NCBI GenBank assembly: GCA_030583685.1
Contig: CP129470.1
Location: forward strand, 566,558-630,557
DNA length: 64,000 bases
Direction of reading: 5' to 3'
Origin: Candidatus Dojkabacteria bacterium
Lineage (GTDB): Bacteria; Patescibacteriota; Dojkabacteria; GCA-002793355
The notes under the pieces are model-generated. The model saw only the letters and a list, made by a program, of their open reading frames with translations. It searched no databases and had not been told where the DNA came from. Positions within the stretch are counted from its first letter, which is position 1. Each line of letters begins with the position of its first letter. Shown here one piece after another: positions 60,044 through 64,000 of this stretch. A program made the translations under genes and the position numbers.

Positions 60044-60889
60044 TCAATTAATACGGGTAACACCTATGACGACTGGTGAATTCTCCGCTACTCCAAATTG
60101 GCGGGTGAGTGACCCGGCGGAAAGCACTTTTCTTGGTGAAACACAGAGCGCTTCAAAAAACACCGTATCAAGGTCTTGTATTTTATAATATTGTGACAAA
60201 TCAGAAGTCCTTACTTTTCCAAAATCGAGCTCCCATTTCCCTTCACGAGAAAGCGTCGTCAGTGAGGCAGAAGTTTCACCTGTTCGGGATACTTCTCCGC
60301 GAACAATGCAAGTGTCAGAAGTTGGTACTGTTCCTGAAACTTTTGTTGATTTCGTGAGTAATGGAAGCGAGTTCGGAGTTGTAAGAGATTCAATAATTGG
60401 CGCATGACCGGTAAAGAAGTAGAGGGTATTTGCCGTAAGATTCGTCATTTTAGCCTCATGAATAAAGGTGTCTGTGGGAGAGGAATAAACTCGCACGAGT
60501 TGAGATTGCTGAATGCCGTACTGTAGCTTTGTTGGTTGTGGCGCTTCAGTCAGCCAAAAAATTGAAACAGAGGTTGCCGTCACGTTGCTGACGACACCTT
60601 TTGTGGTTAATTCGGTATACAGATACGAAGGCGTTTGCGGTGATTCTTCACGAGGTTGACTATTTTGACGGAGTCGGAAATCTTGAGAGCCAGAAAGAGG
60701 GAGAATAGTTGGATTAGGGTTTTCCGTTATTTCTGGTGTAATTTCCGGAATAATCGTCGTTGTGTTTGCTGCTTGCGAAGGAGAGACGCTTAGGTCTGAT
60801 TGTGATGAAAGAATGAGTAGCCCGACAACGAGTGATACGATCATGGCAGAAATGAGTAACAGTCCATGAATTTTACTGAGAGGGTTCAT
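60044..60889 (-). CDS. secreted/anchored protein with Thr/Pro linker and FN3-like domain
   Basis: N-terminal TM/signal (LLLISAMIVSLVVGLLIL), a T/P/E-rich spacer, then VTATSVSIFWLTEAPQPTKLQYG, which resembles a fibronectin-III beta-sandwich start. It lies just downstream of the VirB4-like gene with a 4-nt overlap. Confidence 0.45.
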   Translation of the reverse strand: MNPLSKIHGLLLISAMIVSLVVGLLILSSQSDLSVSPSQAANTTTIIPEITPEITENPNPTILPLSGSQDFRLRQNSQPREESPQTPSYLYTELTTKGVVSNVTATSVSIFWLTEAPQPTKLQYGIQQSQLVRVYSSPTDTFIHEAKMTNLTANTLYFFTGHAPIIESLTTPNSLPLLTKSTKVSGTVPTSDTCIVRGEVSRTGETSASLTTLSREGKWELDFGKVRTSDLSQYYKIQDLDTVFFEALCVSPRKVLSAGSLTRQFGVAENSPVVIGVTRIN

Positions 60890-62763
60890 TCGCTGCCTTG
60901 CTCAAATACTAATGCGCCTTCTGAAATTTCTTCTTCAGAAAATTCGATTTGCTGAGATTTCATTTTGGCAAGTTCTTTTGGATTAGAAGTGATTAGTCGG
61001 TGCTCTGCGCGGCTTGCAATAATTGAAATTCCGACGTGGTTTCTTCCCGCGAAGAAGAGCCCTTCTCCGGTTTTCGCACTCATGACAAAAGAGCGTTCTC
61101 CTGACGACAAATTAAAGGTTTTTGCAATAAGATCGACAGCAGCGGGGCTTTGCTTCAGTAGGAGGGACAAACTTGAGTTTGTGACGACTGCTTTACCATA
61201 TTTTGAAGTCAAAAATTCATCAACATCCTGGCTAATTGTTGTTAATCCGAGATAATATTTTCGACCTCGTTTTGCAATTCCGTAAATAAACCGAGCAGAA
61301 TCTTCAAACTGCATCATAGTCCATGCTTCGTCAACAACAAGGATTCGTGGTCGAATATCTTCTCGAACCCGAGTCCAAATGAAATCAAGCACCATATACA
61401 TTGCAATTGGGCGCAAATCGTCTTGTAAGTCACGAATACTAAATACGGTAAATTTGTTCTTGATATCGATGTTGGTTTCTTGGTTAAAAACACCAGCCGC
61501 GCTTCCAAAAACAAATTTTTCAAGTCGTCCGGATAAGGCGCGTGCTTCGGGTTCAGCCATACCTTTGAGTACTTTGTACAAGTCCTCCAGGAGTGGTGGC
61601 TTGTTGTGCCATGTTTCTGGGTCGTTGTTGATGCCTTTTTCGTTGTAGGTCAGAATAAACGCACGGTCAAGAATTGATACTTCGACATTTGTCAGTTCTC
61701 CCAACAGAAGCTTGATAAATGAGTGTAGGCTCAAAACTTTATCGCGGAGTACATTTCTGACGCCGTCTTTTGAAGACTTCAGAAATTCAAAGGGGTTAAT
61801 TTTTGCTCCTTCGTCTTGCGTGAAGGTAATGTAATCGCCGTCAACCGCTTTCGCAAGTTTTTCATATTCATTTTCGGGGTCGATAATCATCACCTGCACT
61901 CCTGTTAAAAGGTAACGGAGGGCCTCTAATTTGACGAAATAGCTCTTTCCTGCACCAGAGGTGGCAAATACCACCTCATTTAAGTTTGGCATGCTAAATC
62001 GGTCAAAAATAACCATACTATTGTTGTGCATATTGACACCGTAGAGAATCCCTCTGTCCATGGTCAAATCTGAAGTGACAAAGGGGAACGTCATGGCAAT
62101 TGATGTCGTGTCCATGTTTCTAACGCGATAGATTCTGTCAATCGCTAGAGGAAGCGTTGTTTCTATTCCCTCATCCATTTTGAGTGTTAACGGAACAGCA
62201 GATAATCCGACCGCTTTGAGCGTTGAAACAACATTTTTTGAAATCGTCTCAAGTTCTTCAACCGAATCCGCATTGAGACGGATATACATACCCATGTTGA
62301 AAAATTTTTCTTTTCCTGAGGCAACATTATCCATAAGTTCCTGCGCATCCTGGTAAGCAACTTTACTTTTTGGATCGAGTACGATTCCTTTTTCATACTG
62401 CGTTGAGAGAGTCGCTTCCAGTTCTGCGATCTTCTTTTTGAGTTTGTCGATAACTTCGTCTGAATCAACAATATAATAAAAGGTACTAATCGCAAGGGAT
62501 GTTTCGAAGTTAACCAAAGGAGAAAGCCACGTGGAACGGACGACACGAGGAAAGTCGGTAATCATGAGTATTCGATAGTAGCGCTTGTTAATCTGTACAT
62601 GATTAAAATCCACTTCGTAGTATTGTGGCGCAAGGAGGTCTTGTAGAGTATATTCAGGTACATCGGGAGATTTCTGAGAATCAGCTTGAACCGTTAACTC
62701 TGTATTGAGTTGCTGTTCCTTCTCTTTCTTCTTGTCTTTGTTAAAAAAATTAAGCAATTTCAT
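60886..62763 (-). CDS. VirB4/TraE/TrbE-family type IV secretion (conjugation-type) ATPase
   Basis: Walker A FATSGAGKSYFVK and the family-typical Walker B RILVVDEAWTMM (DEAW), with surrounding conservation (GLTTISQ) typical of VirB4-like ATPases. 625 aa. Confidence 0.7.
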   Translation of the reverse strand: MKLLNFFNKDKKKEKEQQLNTELTVQADSQKSPDVPEYTLQDLLAPQYYEVDFNHVQINKRYYRILMITDFPRVVRSTWLSPLVNFETSLAISTFYYIVDSDEVIDKLKKKIAELEATLSTQYEKGIVLDPKSKVAYQDAQELMDNVASGKEKFFNMGMYIRLNADSVEELETISKNVVSTLKAVGLSAVPLTLKMDEGIETTLPLAIDRIYRVRNMDTTSIAMTFPFVTSDLTMDRGILYGVNMHNNSMVIFDRFSMPNLNEVVFATSGAGKSYFVKLEALRYLLTGVQVMIIDPENEYEKLAKAVDGDYITFTQDEGAKINPFEFLKSSKDGVRNVLRDKVLSLHSFIKLLLGELTNVEVSILDRAFILTYNEKGINNDPETWHNKPPLLEDLYKVLKGMAEPEARALSGRLEKFVFGSAAGVFNQETNIDIKNKFTVFSIRDLQDDLRPIAMYMVLDFIWTRVREDIRPRILVVDEAWTMMQFEDSARFIYGIAKRGRKYYLGLTTISQDVDEFLTSKYGKAVVTNSSLSLLLKQSPAAVDLIAKTFNLSSGERSFVMSAKTGEGLFFAGRNHVGISIIASRAEHRLITSNPKELAKMKSQQIEFSEEEISEGALVFEQGSE

Positions 62764-62765
62764 GG

Positions 62766-63395
62766 TTATACATAAATTTGAGGTAAGTTCTCAAGCTCAA
62801 TTGCTGAGTCAGGATTGTAAATAGAATACAAGTATTTCACGATTTCTGCAGTTGACATCTGTTCTCCGTCAAGGCCCATTCCTTTAAGCATTTTTATGAT
62901 GTGATACTTTTTAGGGTAGAGATAATTTGCAGCAACCTCAAGTAATTTAGTTTTGACTTCAGTTGTGGTATGACGATCAATCGAAGAAGCTGAACGATAG
63001 GGAATGACAATCATGAAGCGCTTGTCGAGAATTTCTTTGTTGGTGATGAGATTTCTAATAAACTGTTTGTAGATTGAAAATTGTCGTTTCAGTCCGGGGC
63101 TTAAATCGGGTGTATCCATTTCGTCCAAAAAGTCAGCGTACTTACTGATGTTAATCTTTTTGGTTTCAATAAGAATCTGAAGTTGGAAATCGAGTGAGTT
63201 TACCAATTGTCCAAATGATGCAATCTTTGCGTCTTGTTCATCTTCAGAGAGTAAGTCAAAGTTTACAGACGAAGTTTTTATAATCAAGTTAACCGTTCCG
63301 TTCCTTGTAATCATCATATCGTTGATGACGTCAACAACCTCAAGCATATCTTGTGTTGCGTATTTAATTGCTGCTTGTGCCGGTCCGACTGCCAT
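62766..63395 (-). CDS. hypothetical protein (209 aa) in T4SS-like operon
   Basis: Its stop overlaps the VirB4-like start (ATGA). No TM. It could be a VirB4 N-terminal-domain-like or accessory protein. Confidence 0.4.
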   Translation of the reverse strand: MAVGPAQAAIKYATQDMLEVVDVINDMMITRNGTVNLIIKTSSVNFDLLSEDEQDAKIASFGQLVNSLDFQLQILIETKKINISKYADFLDEMDTPDLSPGLKRQFSIYKQFIRNLITNKEILDKRFMIVIPYRSASSIDRHTTTEVKTKLLEVAANYLYPKKYHIIKMLKGMGLDGEQMSTAEIVKYLYSIYNPDSAIELENLPQIYV

Positions 63396-64000
63396 TATGA
63401 AGTAGGTGATAAGTTAATCAACGGGTAGGTTGTTCCAGAAAACTCAATTTTTACTTTCGGAAAAGTGGCTGCTTCGGGTGACTGGAACTCAATTTCATAG
63501 TTACCGTTGGCAAAGCTTTGGTTAAAGTAGATGATTCCATCTTTATTACTGCGTAATGCGGAAACCACTGTCTGAGTTGTATCTTTACAGTACGCTACGA
63601 CTCCTTCCAGCGGTAATGCGTCTTCGGAAAGTTTGAACGCAATAGTGTTTGGTATTGCAGGAAGGGAAACTCCGGGTTCTGCATAATCAACTGCCGCGGT
63701 TGGCGTTAAAGAGATGACGGTAGGCAACTGGGGAGCGGGTATATCTTGAATGGTCGTAACATTAAGTGGTTGTGGAGTTGTTGTGACACTTGAAGGGTCT
63801 TGCAATGCCTTCTTGTACTCATCATGTGTCATGAGATAGATTGCAAGGTAGTGAGGGAGTTTTTGTGGTCGTGTCGAATGAAAATGTTCGTAATCTACAA
63901 GGGAAGCATCTTTTTTCCAAACTCTTCTCAGAACAATGTTGTTTGCCCGAGCAAATGAGGTAAGCCAATCTTCCATGGTTCTTCGGTTGTATGAGCCCAA
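63395..64000 (-). CDS. hypothetical protein, N-terminus outside window
   Basis: Open frame from the window end down to the stop at 63395. Its stop overlaps the next gene's start. Pro/Thr-containing, unrecognised. Confidence 0.35.
   Translation of the reverse strand: MGSYNRRTMEDWLTSFARANNIVLRRVWKKDASLVDYEHFHSTRPQKLPHYLAIYLMTHDEYKKALQDPSSVTTTPQPLNVTTIQDIPAPQLPTVISLTPTAAVDYAEPGVSLPAIPNTIAFKLSEDALPLEGVVAYCKDTTQTVVSALRSNKDGIIYFNQSFANGNYEIEFQSPEAATFPKVKIEFSGTTYPLINLSPTS

Noticed and set aside
59790-60063. ORFs 59790..60032 (+) and 59794..60063 (-)
   Set aside because: Both are built on the tRNA-Ser sequence and its flanks and are non-coding.
1-64000. CRISPR arrays, rRNA genes, integrases/transposases, prophage
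   Set aside because: I saw no regularly spaced direct repeats, no rRNA-like conserved segments and no recombinase or transposase motifs among the ORFs. The tRNA-flanked blocks therefore lack a mobility gene within the window.

Overview
This is an AT-rich bacterial chromosomal segment that reads in the standard genetic code. The long core ORFs rpoB, rpoC and dnaK contain no in-frame TGA, so UGA is not recoded. It combines a conserved core with a large excess of small secreted or membrane-anchored proteins and ORFans. The core is a DsbA-like gene, rpoB, rpoC, rpsL, rpsG and rplY (31.3-40.2 kb), a grpE-dnaK pair behind a promoter plus CIRCE-like operator (49.8-52.3 kb), sodA, tag, an oligoendopeptidase-F-like gene and four tRNA genes (His-GTG, Ala-CGC, Arg-TCG, Ser-TGA). 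Many of the accessory proteins have Thr/Pro-rich linkers, including a PGRP-type amidase and an S8 subtilase. There is a DsbA+VKOR pair, three Nudix hydrolases around an ABC exporter, and a VirB4-like type-IV-secretion ATPase module next to tRNA-Ser at the right edge. Gene compaction, the surface-protein architecture, the T4SS and the odd synteny would fit a reduced-genome, possibly epibiotic lineage such as Patescibacteria/CPR-like. That is an inference, not a demonstrated placement. I found no rRNA, CRISPR array, integrase or transposase. The candidates for something undescribed are a 229-aa + 1025-aa cytoplasmic two-gene module with no recognisable domains (9.9-13.7 kb), a short N-terminal domain shared by two otherwise unrelated membrane proteins, a tRNA-bounded block of ORFans with a sulfotransferase and a CapA-like gene (41.2-47.6 kb) preceded by a GC-rich structured element, and the T4SS-like module.
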